From Mobula hypostoma (lineage: Eukaryota), in contig NC_086108.1 of NCBI RefSeq assembly GCF_963921235.1, positions 30,072,001-30,136,000 on the forward strand: a stretch of DNA of 64,000 nucleotides. Reading direction: 5' to 3'. Shown piece by piece: positions 22,167 through 36,029 of this stretch (position 1 is the stretch's first letter; each line of letters begins with the position of its first letter). Position numbers and translations under genes: made by a program. The notes beneath the pieces are model-generated. The model did no database searches and had not been told where the DNA came from. It worked only from the letters and a program-made list of their open reading frames with translations.

Positions 22167-23766
22167 TCTGGAGGCTTTCTTGATTGAGAACAGTGACTAG
22201 ATGGAATCAACTTAATTGGAATAGAGGTTAAAAAACAAATAGCTTTATTGTATCTGCCTCTCCTTCATGTTCACTGAGCCAGCTGGGAACCACCTTGATA
22301 TTTTATAGAATACTATTCAAATCTCATCATCTTCAATGAGATGAATGGAGGAAGAAGCTTTTAGTTTAAGATCCTACAACAATAATAACTTCCAGAGGTA
22401 AACCAATAGAAATTACTATTATTTCTGGTGTTCCCTGTTTGATAATTCATTCACTTTACCCAATTTAATCTAATCTACAGAGCTTGGGTAGATTTATTTG
22501 ACTCTGATATAATATTGTATCACCTAGACAACCAAAATGTGACGAGCTTTGGAGGTGCAGTGAACTCAACAGATCAAGTTTTCTTCATTTGCTGGAAACA
22601 GCACCCATCACCATGACATTAAATTGTGCATGTCATGTTGGTCCTTAACTTTTCAAAATGAAAAACAAAATCAGTCATTTGGAAAATTAACTGCAGTTCT
22701 TGAGCAATCTCAGATTGCATGATAGATCCAAAGCAGACAGCCTTAGCTGTCACCTTACAGATTGTACATGGGAAACTCTAAACCAAGGGGGATGTGGATA
22801 ATTACAACTCATGTCAAATTAGAAAATTAAAAAATCCTCTAGCTTAAGTCAATTTTCAGAACAGATCATGGAACATGTAAACCTTATGCCCTGGACTCAA
22901 GCATGAGGGAGGTATCACAGTGATTCACTCCACACTTTCCTGGACTATATTGTGGTCCATCTAACTGAGAGTTAACTTCAGATTGTTGCACTACATCCAC
23001 ATTAGCCATGCAGAACAGAAATGGAAAGAAACAGGATTGCATTTAATAATATTTGCATCAGATAACACAATTTGTAAATTCTAATTTTGGCTTTCAAAAT
23101 ATTTTAAATTTTGTTCTATCAAAGTGAAGCATGCAATAAAAAGAGGGTAAATTTTGACTGACTGATTAGTACAGTGTTAACACATTTAAAAAGTTGATTT
23201 AAGCTAGGCTACAGTTAAAAACCCATTTTAGATGTGATTAAGGTGAGCATGAATGAAAGCAGAGATTTTCTTTTCTTCAGTTGAAGCAATGGAATGAATC
23301 ACCTGCTTTGGTAGACGTGAATCATACTCTCTTCTTGACAAAAAGAAGTTACATCTTTGAGCCCATTTTAATTTAGTAACACTTTACATGTGCCTCTATG
23401 TTTGGAAAACTGCAGTTCCAATTCATTTCCAAATCTTCATCAGAATAATAATAATCTGCAGACCATTATTCAAGATATGCACTACATAAATTTGATTTGG
23501 AAGTTTTATTTTTAGCTCCTGGTGGTCAGATTCCCTCTATTTTTTTACCCTTGGGAAATCACCCTCTGTTATTCACAACAATACAGTTTCTTTTTCCCTG
23601 AATTGTTCTGAGTATCTTTCCCCTGTATGTTCTACAGCTGCTGTCCCTGTAAAGAAGATAACCTCTGTAATGAATTTTGGTAGAGAGTTGCAATATTTAA
23701 TCTCAGCAACAACATAAGAAAGAAGCTATAATTCCGAACCAAGACCGTAACTTAAGGGGGAATTTA

Positions 23767-25296
23767 GAAACCATAGAAACCATAGAAAGACTACAGCACA
23801 GAAATAGGCCTTTTGGTCCTTCTTGGCTGTGCCAAACCATTTTCTGCCTAGTCCCACTGACCTGCACACGGACCATATCCTTCCATACACCTCCCATCCA
23901 TGTATCTGTCCAATCTATTCTTAAATGTTAAAAAAGAACCCTCATTTACCACCTTGTCTGACAGCTCATTCCATACTCCCACCACTCTCTGTGTGAAAAA
24001 GATGTTCCCTTAAGTGTTCCCTTTAAACTTTTCCCCCCTCACCCTTAACCCATGTCCTCTGGTTTTTTTCTCCCCTTGCCTCAGTGGAAAAAGCCTGCTT
24101 GCATTCACTCTATCTATACCCATCATAATTTTATATACCTCTATCAAATCTCCCCTCATTCTTCTACGCTCCAGGGAATAAAGTCCTAACCTATTCAACC
24201 TTTCTCTGTAACTGAGTTTCTCAAGTCCTGGCAACATCCTTGTAAACCTTCTCTGCACTCTTTCAATCTTATTTATATCCTTCTTGTAATTTGGTGACCA
24301 AAACTGAACACAATACTCCAGATTCGGCCTCACCAATGCCTTATACAACCTCATCATAACATTCCAGCTCTTATACTCAATACTTCGATTAATAAAGGCC
24401 AATGTACCAAAAGCTCTCTTTACGACCCTATCTACCTGTGACGACACTTTTAGGGAATTTTGTATCTGTATTCCCAGATCCCTCTGTTCCACTGCACTTC
24501 TCAGTGCCTTACCATTAACCCTGTATGTTCTACCTTGGTTTGTCCTTCCAACGTGCAATACCTCACACTTGTCTGTATTAAACTCCATCTGCCATTTTAC
24601 AGTCATTTTTCCAGCTGGTCCAAGTCCCTCTGCAGGCTCTGAAAACCTTCCTCACTGTCTACTACACTTCCAATCTTTGTATCATCAGCAAACTTGCTGA
24701 TCCAATTTACCAGATTATCATCCAGATCATTGATATAGATGACAAATAACAATGGACTCAGCACTGATCCCTGTGGCACACCACTAGTCACAGGCCTCCA
24801 CTCGGAGAAGCAATTCTCTACTACCACTCTTTGGCTTCTTCCATCGAGCCAATGTCTAATCCAATTTACCACCTCTCCATGTATACCTAGCGACTGAATT
24901 TTCCTAACTAACCTCCCATGCGGGACCTTGTCAAAGGCCTTACTGAAGTCCATGTAGACAACATCCACTGCCTTCCCTTCATCCACTTTCCTGGTAACCT
25001 CCTCGAAAAACTCCAATAGATTGGTCAAACATGACCTACCATGCACAAAGCCATGTTGACTCTCCCTAATAAGTCCCAGTCTATCCAAATACTTGTAGAT
25101 TCTGTCTCTTAGTACTCCCTCCAATAACTTACTCACTACCGACGTTAAACTTACCGGCCTATAATTTCCCGGATTACTTTTTGATCCTTTTTTAAACAAC
25201 GGAACAACATGAGCTACTCTCCAAGCCTCCAGCACCTCACCTGTAGACAGCGACATTTTAAATATTTCTGCCAGGGCCCCCGCAATTTCAACACTA
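23767..25296 (-). mobile_element. Young CR1, 5'-truncated, near-intact RT
   Basis: ORFs 24603-25256 and 24010-24606 together form a continuous RT and C-terminus with one frameshift (YMDFSKAFDKVPH, GVPQGSVLSPLLF, KFADDTK). Tail TATGGTTTC repeated. Confidence 0.95.
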
Positions 25297-25844
25297 AAGA
25301 TGGTGATATCCCTATGTACCTGCTGTCCTCGGTGCAGAGATTATCAGTGAGGCACTGCGGCAAAGACTGCGCAAATTTTCCATAAACTTTAAAAATTCCC
25401 AACAAGTATTTATTACTCTATTTGTTCCATTAGTTTAATTATGCATAGTATTAAGGTGAACAGAAAATATTCAATGTAATTGAAGAACTGTAGGAAATGC
25501 ATGCAAGAGTGAGATGGGAAATTGTTCATTTCTGATTTATGGAAAAGTCAGTATATAGACAGTTCTCAGAAACAAATCCTTTATCTAACCTGGGTAGTAC
25601 CTATATGACATTCAAGAGAGATTCATACAAGCACTGAAAGAGGCATGACATGGAAGGATGCTGACCAAATGTGTGCAATTAGGATGAGTGCAGATGGGCA
25701 AAAAGGTCAATATGGAATGGAGAGCAGATTCTACTGTATAACTCAAGACCTATATAGTAGAGAGTGGGAAATAATATTTATCCATGACAAATATTGCAGA
25801 TTGAAAGGCACTTAACAAGTTCTTCTGTGCTCTAACACTAACAT

Positions 25845-27880
25845 TTTGTGGTTCACCAATGGCCAAAATTTTATCTGGACCAGCCACCCAAATGGTACAC
25901 CTGCACAAGCAGGTCAGGGGCTGGGCGTTTAATAGGTGTGACTCTTTTCCAGCAGCCACGATGGAGTATTCTGCACTTGCCTTGGAGGTTGTAGTTCAAT
26001 CCCTAGCTAAAGCTCAATATTTCACATTAATCATTCGCATCCTTGGCTCATGCCATCTACAAATTTCTCAGCAACATACTGTTAAAGCTTCTTCAACACT
26101 GGTGTCCAGTCATGCAGTATCGTGCATTCAGAGGTACGGGATTACATTCACTTACAAACAAAAGTCAAAGTTAAGTTTATTTTCTATGTACAACTGCATG
26201 TGCCGAGTGCAGAGGTGCAATGGAAAACTCACTTGCAGCAGCATCACAGGAACATAGGATCAGATAAACAGCTTTCACAAGAAATTAAATGTCAATTATA
26301 CAAAATCTTCACAAGGAATAACTGTCACGCAATCACAATAAGACTAAAGAGCAAAGATGAAAAGCTTAACTCATCTTAGTAGCCCAGCCTACTCCTCAAA
26401 ACTCCTCAAGCCAGAGGCTCAGCACTTTCCCCTCAAACACAGCACCTGGGACTATGACACAGCCACCCCCAAGAGAGCATCTCCACTGGAGGCTGCCTCC
26501 CATTGATTCAATTCCAGGGCTGTGTCAGTCGCAAGGTGGCTTTATTTTCAAAAATCTCCTGCACTCCTCTTCTTTAAAACTCCACGGTCACTCATGGAAC
26601 TTACAAACTGAAGGAATTATATAGGGATAATACAAAGACTGGCAAATTGTGGTTCCAAGGGAAGATTGCCCGACTTTATTTGGAAAAAGAAAGGGTATTT
26701 AATGGGGGCTATATGGTTATAAGAGTCCTGGATACAACGAACAGGAAGGGCAAAGAAGCATCCATTTGCATTGGGGGGGGGGATTGTTGGTGAAGAGTGT
26801 CATCAGTATTAAATTCCTCGATGTTAGCATATCAGATGACTTATCCTGGGCCTCACAGACAGATTTAATCCTAACAAAAGTGTCACAACATCTTTACTTT
26901 CTTAGGATGTTAAGAAGGTCTGGCTTCTCATCAAACGCTCCAACAGAGTTCTACTGAATGCACTGTTCAAAGTATCCTGACTGGTTGCATCAGAGTCTGG
27001 TATGGTAATTTGAATGCACAGCAATGTAAGAGCTTGCAGAGAGTGATGGAGTCTGCCCTTACATCCCTCCCACTATTGGTAGTATCCACAGGACGTGCTG
27101 GCTCAAGAAGGCAACATCCATCATCAAAGATTCCCCTCAGTCCGGGCCATGCCATATATTTGCAGCTGCCATCAGGAAGGAGGTACAGAACCCTGAAGTT
27201 CCATGCCTCCAGGCTCAAAAACTACTACCTTCCTTCAACTGTTTGGTTCTTGAACCAATCAGCAAAACCCTAATCACTTAGTTTAGCAGTTCAAGGACCA
27301 CTTTGCTTACATTGCACTGAAAGGAAGTAGTGTGCTCTTTCTGGTAAAGATCCTGTATAACTTATGTTTAATTCTGTTTTCCTCATGGCTGATGCTTACT
27401 TGATGCCGTGTGCCCCAGATGCTGCTGCAAGTAAGTTGATTATTGCACGTGTGCATAGAGATACTTGTACACATGACAATAAACTTTGAACTTTGAACTT
27501 TGAACTTGACTATTTCCTTTAGTTAAGAGGTGAATACCTATGGTGCACATATACAAATTAACATGTTGAAGAATGAGAGGACAGCTTTATTTTGACAATA
27601 TCTCCTAAATCTCCAACCCCTATCACTAAGGCAGATACTTTGGATCACCACCACCACTGACAGATTCTCTTCCAAGCCGCATATCACCCCAACAGAAATA
27701 TGTTACTATTCCTTCATTGCCACTAAGTTCGAATCCTGGAGTTCCCTGCCCAGAATCATTGTGGGAGTATTTTCACCAGAGGTACTGTAGTGATTGAGGA
27801 AGGCAGATTGCTACTGACTTCTCAAAGCCAATAAACACTGGCCTCGTCATGAATTACTGCCGACCAGCAAATGAATCAAT
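25845..27880 (+). mobile_element. Ancient L2/Crack-like LINE remnants (25845-26090 and ~27600-27880)
   Basis: CTGGACCAGCCAC...GCAGGTCAGGGGCTGGG...ATGGAGTATTCTGCACTTGCC, and 3' end TTCCTTCATTGCCACT...CCTGGAGTTCCCT...AATAAACACTGGCC. The first part is homologous to ~41985-42150. Confidence 0.5.
26745..27506 (+). mobile_element. Rex1/Babar 3' fragment
   Basis: KFLDVSISDDLSW, QHLYFLRMLRR and LPSGRRYRTLK motifs with tail (TTTGAAC)n. Confidence 0.85.
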
Positions 27881-28470
27881 AAAAAACCAAGGACCAGAAG
27901 CTTACAGCGATGGAAGGCTTCCTGAATTCACAGCTTTAGCAAAAGATAAGCACACATCGCAGTTAAAAAGATGGAAACTTGATGTATTTTCAAAGCTATG
28001 GATCTAAACTTGAATGCACAGCTCTTTTGGAGTTGTCGTGGATAATTAACTCTATGACTTCCATCAATGGAAATGTGGGTCAGTGTAAGGGTGCTGCCAT
28101 TAGGGTTAGCATTGGATTACGTTATTTGAGTGCAACAGTAGAAATTGTGTCAGAGTTTTTTTTTCCTTTACAATATATTTCTTAGGGAATCAGTAGCCTG
28201 TCACGGAACTCTGGTTCTTTAGGATGATCAGTGGCATCTGATATACAACAGGCAAATGATCACGGTATAATTTGGTGTCAGTCCAATCAGGGAAGCTAAT
28301 ATATTAAGACGGGGGTGGCAAACCTGTGGCACGTGTGCTAAAATAGCATGCGCAAATATTGTGTTGGCACATGGCATGAAGTGCAGCCCCTCACTTCTTT
28401 AAGCCCCACCACAATAAAATGATACATAATGATTATCTTTACTGCCAAGTGAAGCAGAAAATGATTTTCA

Positions 28471-28622
28471 AAACATAGAAACATAGAAACATAGAAAATA
28501 GGTGCAGGAGTAGGCCATTCGGCCCTTCGAGCCTGCACCAGCATTCAGTATGATCATGGCTGATCATCCAACTCAGAACCCTGTACCAGCCTTCTCTCCA
28601 TACCCCCTGATCCCTTTAGCCA
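28471..28622 (-). mobile_element. CR1 3' tail fragment
   Basis: (AAACATAG)3 followed by CR1 3' UTR GCAGGAGTAGGCCATTCGGCCCTTCGAGCCTGC. Confidence 0.85.
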
Positions 28623-28936
28623 AGAATAATGACACCTTTTCACAGGGAATGTCTCGTATTGGCTTGTCTCCAGCCAGGCAGTTGCGAGAAAACATGACAG
28701 TATGATACGTTTTGAAATCCTATTAGACCCAGTGTACACATTGGTATTTGAATAGTAAACGCTTGGGCCAATTGACATTAACTTCACTCTGTTTATGCTT
28801 TTTCTTCTGTTATTTGTAAGCTGAATATTCAGTGACAATAATGGAAAATATGTAGATTAGTTCTTCCGTGAATATTTATGTTTCTGCAATAAACAGATTT
28901 TACTTATATTAGTAAACCTACAATATGTTACTTAAG

Positions 28937-29494
28937 CAACACACGTAAAAGTTGCTAGTGAATGCAGCAGGCCAGGCAGCATCTCTAGGAAGCGGTGCAG
29001 TCGACGTTTCGGGCCGAGACCCTTCGTCAGGTCTAACTGAAAGAAGGGCTAGTAAGAGATTTGAAAGTGGGAGGGGGAGGGGGAGATCCAAAATGATTGG
29101 AGAAGACAGGAGGGGGAGGGATGGAGCCAAGAGCTGGACAGTTGATTGGCAAAAGGATATGAAAGGATCATGGGACGGGAGGCCTAGGGAGAAAGAAAGG
29201 GGGAGTGGGAAAGCCCAGAGGATGGGCAAGCAGTATAGTGAGAGGGACAGAGGGAGAAAAAGGATATATATATATATATATAAATAACGGACGACGGGGA
29301 GGTGGGGCATTAACGGAAGTTAGAGAAGTCAATGTTCATGCCATCAGGTTGGAGGCTATCCAGACGGAATATAAGGTGTTGTTCCTCCAACCTGAGTGTG
29401 GCTTCATCTTTACAGTAGAGGAGGCCGTGGATAGACATATCAGAATGGGAATGGGACATGGAATTAAAATGTGTGGCCACTGGGAGATCCTGAC
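28937..29494 (-). mobile_element. Penelope-like 3' fragment with 14-bp TSD
   Basis: QDLPVATHFNS..LEEQHLIFRLDSLQPDGMNIDFSNFR. Flanks ATATGTTACTTAAG (28923-28936) / ATATGATACTTAAG (29495-29508). Confidence 0.9.
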
Positions 29495-29542
29495 ATATGA
29501 TACTTAAGTTTTTCAGTGAGATTTTAACAATATGTTTACTCA

Positions 29543-31395
29543 TGCATGGATGAGTGTGTGCTTATGAAAACTTACTGTACATTCCCAAGCCAAAAGCCAT
29601 GGATGAGCCAAGAAGCTGATAGTCTGCTGAGGGCTAGATCTGTGGTATTGAAGTCTGGCGACCAGGGTCTGTATAGGAAAGCCAGGTATTGCTTGTGGAG
29701 GGCTATTTCAACAGCCAAGAAACAATTCTGAGAGAGGTTCGAGGCAACATTGGATGCACGACAACTCTGGCAGGCTCTGCAGAATATTGCTTCCTACAAA
29801 GCAAAACTCAATGTCATGAATGACAGTGATGCTTCACTACTAGATGAGCTCAACACCTTTCATGCTCGCTTTGAAAGGAAGAATAAGCTCACAGCTATGA
29901 GGATCCCTGTAGCATCTGGTAACCCTGTGATCTCCATCTCCGAGGCTGACAACAGGCTGTCTTTTAAGGATCCCTTGCAAGGGGGTAGAACCCAATAGAG
30001 TACCTGGTAAGGCTCTGAAACCTGTGCCAACCAACTGGTGGGGGGTATTCAAAGGCATTTTCAGTCTCTCACTGCTACAGTTCATCTCACTGCAGATGTT
30101 CTCAGCTAGTACAAAGGACAACAATTATATCAGTGCCCAAGAAGAGCAGCAAGAGCTGCCTGAGTTACTATTGTCCGATAACACTCACATCTACAGTGAT
30201 GAAATACTTTGAGAGCTTGGTCATGGCTAGATTCAACACCTTTCTCAGGAAGGATCTGGACCCACTGCAATTTGCTTATCACCATAATAGGCCGACAGTG
30301 AAAGCGTTCTCAATGGCTCTCCACACAGCCTTGGATCACCTGGACAATGCAAATATCTCTGTCAGGATGTTGTTTATTGGCGAGAAGACCACAATCAGTG
30401 CGGATTGGAAATAACATCTCCACCTTGCTGACAATCAACACTGGCACACCACAGGGATATGTGCTTAGCCCACCGCTCTGCTGTCTTTGTAGCCACGACT
30501 GTGTGGCGAGGCATAGCTCAGATGCCATCTTTCAATTTGCTAAGATACAACCATTGTTGGCAGAATTTCAGATAATGAAGAAAGGACGTACAGGAGCAAG
30601 ATATACCAGTTAGTTGAGTGGTGTCACAGTAACCTTGCACTCAATGTCCGCAAGACCAAAGAGCTGATTGTTGACTTCAAGCAGGGTAAGACAAGGGAAC
30701 ACAAACCAATCCTCGTAGAGGAATCAGAAATGGAGAGAGTGAGCAACTTTAAGTTCCTGGGTGTCAAGATCTTTGAGGACCTAACCTGGATGCAACATAT
30801 TGATGCAGCTATAAAGAAGGCAAGACAGCGGCTATACTTCATTAGGAGTTTGAAGAGATTTCGCTTGTCAACTAAAACACTTGAAAACTTCTACATAAGT
30901 ATTATGGAGCACATTCTGACTGGCTACAGCACCATCTAGTATTGGGGGGGGGAGTGGGGGAGTGGGGGTATGGTGGGTGGTTACTGTACAATGCTGAAGT
31001 AAGTTGCAGAAACTTGTAAAATTAGTCAGCTCCACCATGGGTACTAGTCTCTGTGGTATCCAAGACATCTTCGTGGAGCGGTGCCTGAGGAGGATGGTGT
31101 CCATCATTAAGAATCCCCACAACCCAGAACATGCCATCTTTGCATTGTTACCATTGGGAAGGAGGTATAGAAGCCTGAAGGCACAGATAAAGTGATTCAG
31201 GAACAGCTTCTTCCCCTCTGCCACCTGATTTCTAAATGGACATTGAACCCGTGAACACTACCTCACAACTTTTTCTAAATTTCTCTTTTTGTACTGCTTA
31301 TTTTAATTTAGCTTTTTAATAGACATTCTCTATATTTATTTTCCATGTATTACACTGTACTGCTGCTGTAAAGTTACCAATTTTCATGGTGATAT
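29543..31395 (+). mobile_element. Rex1/Babar LINE, decayed (tail resumes at ~32115-32143)
   Basis: [37 protein letters not shown] and KARQRLYFIRSLK motifs. (GATTCT)n tail after the nested element. Confidence 0.88.
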
Positions 31396-32068
31396 TAGAT
31401 TAGAGTAGATTATAAGGACAAACAGTCCTCTTTTATTGTCATTTAGTAATGCATGCATTAAGAAACGATACAATGTTCCTCCAGAATGATATCACAGAAA
31501 CGCAACACAAACAAGACTGAAAAACTGACGAAGACCACATAATTATAACATATAGTTACAACAGTGCAAAGTAATTTGATAAGAACAGACCATGGGCATG
31601 GTAAAAAAAGTCTCAAAGTCTCCCGAAAGTCCCATCATCTCACACAGACGGAGAAAGGAAGAAAAACTCTTCCTGCCATGAGCTTCTAGCGCTGCAAACT
31701 TGTCGATGCAGCACCCTGGAAGCACCCGACCACAGCCCACTCTTGAGTCGGTCCAAAAACTTCGAACCTCCGACCAGCCCTCCAACATCGTGCACTGAGC
31801 ACCATCTCTGCCGAACGCTTCAATCCCGGCCCCGGCAACAGGCAATAGACAAAGCCGAGCATTTGGGGCCTTCCCCTCTGGAGATTCTCAGTCACACAGT
31901 AGCAGCGGCAGCAAAGCGGGCATTTCAGAAGTTTCTCCAGATGTTCCGCCGTGCTTCTCACGTCTGTCTCCATCAAATCAGGATTGTGCACGGCATCCTA
32001 CTTACAAATACGATATCATTTTGGAGCGGCCGTGCACACTGTGTCGCGCCGCCATCTTCTCCTCCTCA
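31396..32068 (-). mobile_element. Non-autonomous retroelement (probable LINE 5'UTR fused to a Rex1-type 3' tail)
   Basis: The minus strand starts GAGGAGGAGAAGATGGCGGCGCGAC, is CpG-rich and non-coding, and ends AATAAAAGAGG...(AATCT)n. Confidence 0.55.
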
Positions 32069-33726
32069 ATAGACTCTTTCAATTTGATATTAAATCTGAT
32101 TTAATATCTAAAAGATATTAAACTTGATTCTGATTCTGATTCATCACAGCTTGTTCAGAATGTCAGATACACCAGGAAAGAAACAATAATACATTCAACT
32201 GATGGGTAAAGCAGCTGGACTCTTCAAGAGTGGTGGAGTGAAAGATTTGGCGTGATTAAAATGTACGATAAAGCATTATGCATCTTACGTTCTGAAACAG
32301 TGGTGTGCAGGACATCCCCCACAAAGCGGTATTATGAAACTGGTCAGAATGCCTTTACGATAGAAGTGACCAAGAACAAAAAGAAAATCTGCAGGCAAAT
32401 ACTTCAATGACCTTTATTACAGGTAGTTCCAACTTGGTTGCTGATAGTTTTGAATTTTCAAAGATTATTGCTCAATGTGGAAAACCACTCGATGATGGGG
32501 AATATATTAAAGAATCATGGCTAGATTGTGCTCTTTCCCTCATTGATGGTTTTTCAAGAAATGAAAAAATATTCCGTCCATTAGGGAATTTTCAGTGAGC
32601 AGAAATAGTAAAAGATGGAATATTACTATGGGAACAAACAGAGCAGAACGACCAGCAAATGATGTTAGTTCCTGTAAGTTTCTTTCCAATCGCCTTGATG
32701 GGAGTATTGACATTATATCAACAGTTAGGTTAGCCATTATTGCTTAATTTTGTAGGGAAAGAACTGGTTAACTTGGTAAGATTACCTGAACATACCACAG
32801 AGGTCGAAATATATAAAGCAGAGTAAAAGCATTGTCTAGCTGACAACTTAACCTTTCAAACATAGTTTCCATGACAACTGATGGTGAACCCAGCATGACT
32901 GGTAAAGGGGCAAGTTTTGTCAATCAGTTTTGCAAAATATGTTGGACATCCAACTACCCTGAATTGAAATTCAGGTCATTTGAGGAAACTGCAAAATTTA
33001 TGAAGTATGCAGACAATGTTAGACAAGCTGAATTTGGAAATGTTGTGGTGGGTTGATGTATATAATTTAGAAATACAATTGATTGATTTACAAAGCAGCT
33101 CAATTTGGAAACAAAGATTTGTTGACTTAAGTGCTGAACGAGAATATATTGAAAGAAATCAGTTAATATCTGGATCAAAGCATAAAACTCCAGACAGATG
33201 CTCCAAAACTTTGGAATTCCATTTCTGAAACTTTTAATGTTTTGGCAATAGTAACACTATTTTCATCAATATATTTATGTGAGTCACACACCGGATATAA
33301 AATATTTGTCATTATTAGGAGTGCAGTAACAAAAGTCTCACTTAATGTATATTTATTTTTCTAGCCTTGGTCGTTTATGAATATGCACCAACTGCATTTT
33401 CACATTCCTTATGTATTCTATGACGAACAATGCTACTTAGAAAAGATGTTATTTTTCAATAGTCTTTTTAAAAGATTAATATTAATAGTTTTTGAAACAT
33501 TTTCTGAAATGCTTTATTTAATTCAATCTGCCTCTATTGTACTTTTATTAATAGTAGAACAATAAATACATGTAAATAAACAACAGAACTCATCCCTTTT
33601 CCTTATAATTTTCCTATAATTATTGTTACTAATTCATTAATCAGTGATAACCTCTGCTCAAAATTACCAAGACACATGAGAGAATTTTTTAGATTATCCC
33701 CAATTTGGGCACATGCTCTTAGAAAG

Positions 33727-36029
33727 TGGGTGGTTGGGTGGAGACACGTCTCTACCAAAGGTAGTGTAAGTCATCCCTACAATCGCCAAGATCCTCTTCC
33801 ATTGTGAATACTGAAGCAAAGTATTCAGTAAGTACCTCTGCTATCTTCTCCGGTTCCATACACAGTTTTCCATAGTCATACTTGATTGGTCCTATTCTCT
33901 CACGTCTTACCCTCTTGCTCTTCACATGCTTGTCGAATGCCTTGGGGTTTTCCTTAATCCTGCTCACCAAGGCCTTCTCATGGCCCCTTCTGGTTCTCCT
34001 AATTTCATTCTTAAGCTCCTTCCTGCTAGCCCTATAATTTTCTAGATCTCTATCATTACCTAGGTTTTTGAACCTTTCGTAAGCTTTTCTTTTCTTCTTG
34101 ACTAGATCCCGTACCCTTCCATTCTTTCCCTGTCTCATTGGAACATACCTGTGCAGAACTCCACGCAAATATCCCCTGGACATTTGCCATATTTCTGCTG
34201 TACATTTCCCTGAGAACATCTGTTCTCAATTTATGCTTCAAAGTTCCTGCCTGATAGCCTCATGTTTCCCTTTACTTCAATTAAATGCTTTCCTAACTTG
34301 TCTGTTCCTAACCCTTTCCAATGCTATGGTAAGGGAGATAGAATTGTGATCACTATCTCCAAAATGCTCTCCCACTGAGAGACCTGACACTTGACCAGAT
34401 TCATTTCCCAATACCAGATCAAGTACAGCCTCTCCTCTTGTAGGCTTATCTACATATTGTGTCAGGAAACCTTCCTGAACACACCTAACAAACTCCACCC
34501 CATCTAAACCCCTTGCTCGAGGGAGATGTCTATCAATATTTGGGAAATTAAAATCTCCCCTCACAACAACCCTGTTATTATTACACCTTTCCAGAATCTA
34601 TCTCCCTATCTGCTCCTCAATATCCCTGTTACTATTGCTGGTCTATAAAAAACACCCAGTAGAGTTATTAATCCCTTCCTGTTTCTAACTTCCACCCACC
34701 GAGATTCAGTAGACAATCCCTCCGTGACTTCCCCTTTTCTGCTGCCGTGACACTATCTCTGATCAGCTGTGCTACATCTCCACCTCTTTTGCCTCCCTCT
34801 CTGTCCCTTCTGAAATATCTAAAGCCTGGCACTTGAAGTAGCCATTCCTGGCCCCGCAGCATCCAAGTCTCTGTAATGGCCACAACATCATAGCTCCAAG
34901 TACTGATCCACGCTCTAAGCTTATCTGCTTTGTTCATAATACTCCTTGCATTAAAATAGACATATCTCAAACCATCACTCTGAGCGCGACCCTTCTCTAT
35001 CACCTGCCTATCCTCCCTCTTGCACTGTCTCCAAGCTTTCTCTATTTGTGAGCCAACTGCCCCTACCTCCTTCTCTTCAGTTCAGTTCCCATCCTCCAGC
35101 AATTCTAGTTTAAACTCTCCCCTATAGTCTTAACAAACCTCCCTGCCAGGATATTGGTCCCCCTGGGATTCAAATGCAACCCGTCCTTTTTGTACAAGTC
35201 ACGCCTGACCCAAAAGCGGTCCCGATGTTCCAGAAATCTGAATCTCTGCCCCCGCTCCAATCCCTTAGCCACGCATTTATCCTCCACTTCACTCTATTCC
35301 TATACTCACTGTCACATGGTACATGCAGTAATCCCGAGATTACTACCTTTGCGATCCTGCTTCTCAACTTCCTTCCTAACTCCCTGTAGTCAGTTTTCAG
35401 GACCTCTTTCCTTTTCCTACCTATGTCGTTGGTACCAATATGTGCCACAACCTCTGGCTGTTCACCTTCCCACTTCAGGATATCGTGGACACGATCAGAA
35501 ACATCCTGGACCCAGGCACCTGGGAGGCAAACTACCATCCGTGTTTCTTTCCTGTGTCCACAGAATTGCCCGCCTGACCCCTAATTATAGAGTCCCCTAT
35601 CACTTCTGCCCTCTTCCTTTCCCTACCCTTCTGAGCTACAGGACCAGACTCTGTGCCAAAGGCATGGTCACTGGTGTTTCCCCCAGGTAGGCTGTTGCCC
35701 CGTTTCCCCCCCCCCTGCCCAGCAGTACTCAAACAGGAGTACTTATTATTAAGGGGGGCAGCCACAGGGGTACTCTCCAGTACCTGACTCTTGCCCTGCC
35801 CTCTCCTGACTGCTACCCACTTATATATGCGACCACTGACACCAGGCAATCTCTGAAGAGTATTGATAATGCATGGGGTCACCTGTCTTGTAAAGACACT
35901 GCCCAGAAGAAGGCAATGGCAAACCACTTGAGTAGAAATATTTGACAAGAACATTCGTGGTCATGGAAAGACCATGATGGCCCACATCATACGACATGGC
36001 ACATAAAGAACAAACTTCTGTCCTCTCTC
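33727..36029 (+). mobile_element. RTE-tailed SINE-like element with 13-bp TSD, middle replaced by CR1
   Basis: TSD TGCTCTTAGAAAG at 33714-33726 and 36030-36042. The 3' part contains RTE/BovB-type AGAAGAAGGCAATGGCAAACCACT. Confidence 0.7.
33771..35822 (-). mobile_element. Internal CR1 fragment (ORF1 SGNH esterase-like domain and ORF2 APE)
   Basis: VIGDSII, CLPGA and VAHIGTNDIG (esterase blocks); YFNARSIMNK, AITETW, GDFNFP and GDSDH (APE). No RT and no 3' tail. Confidence 0.9.
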
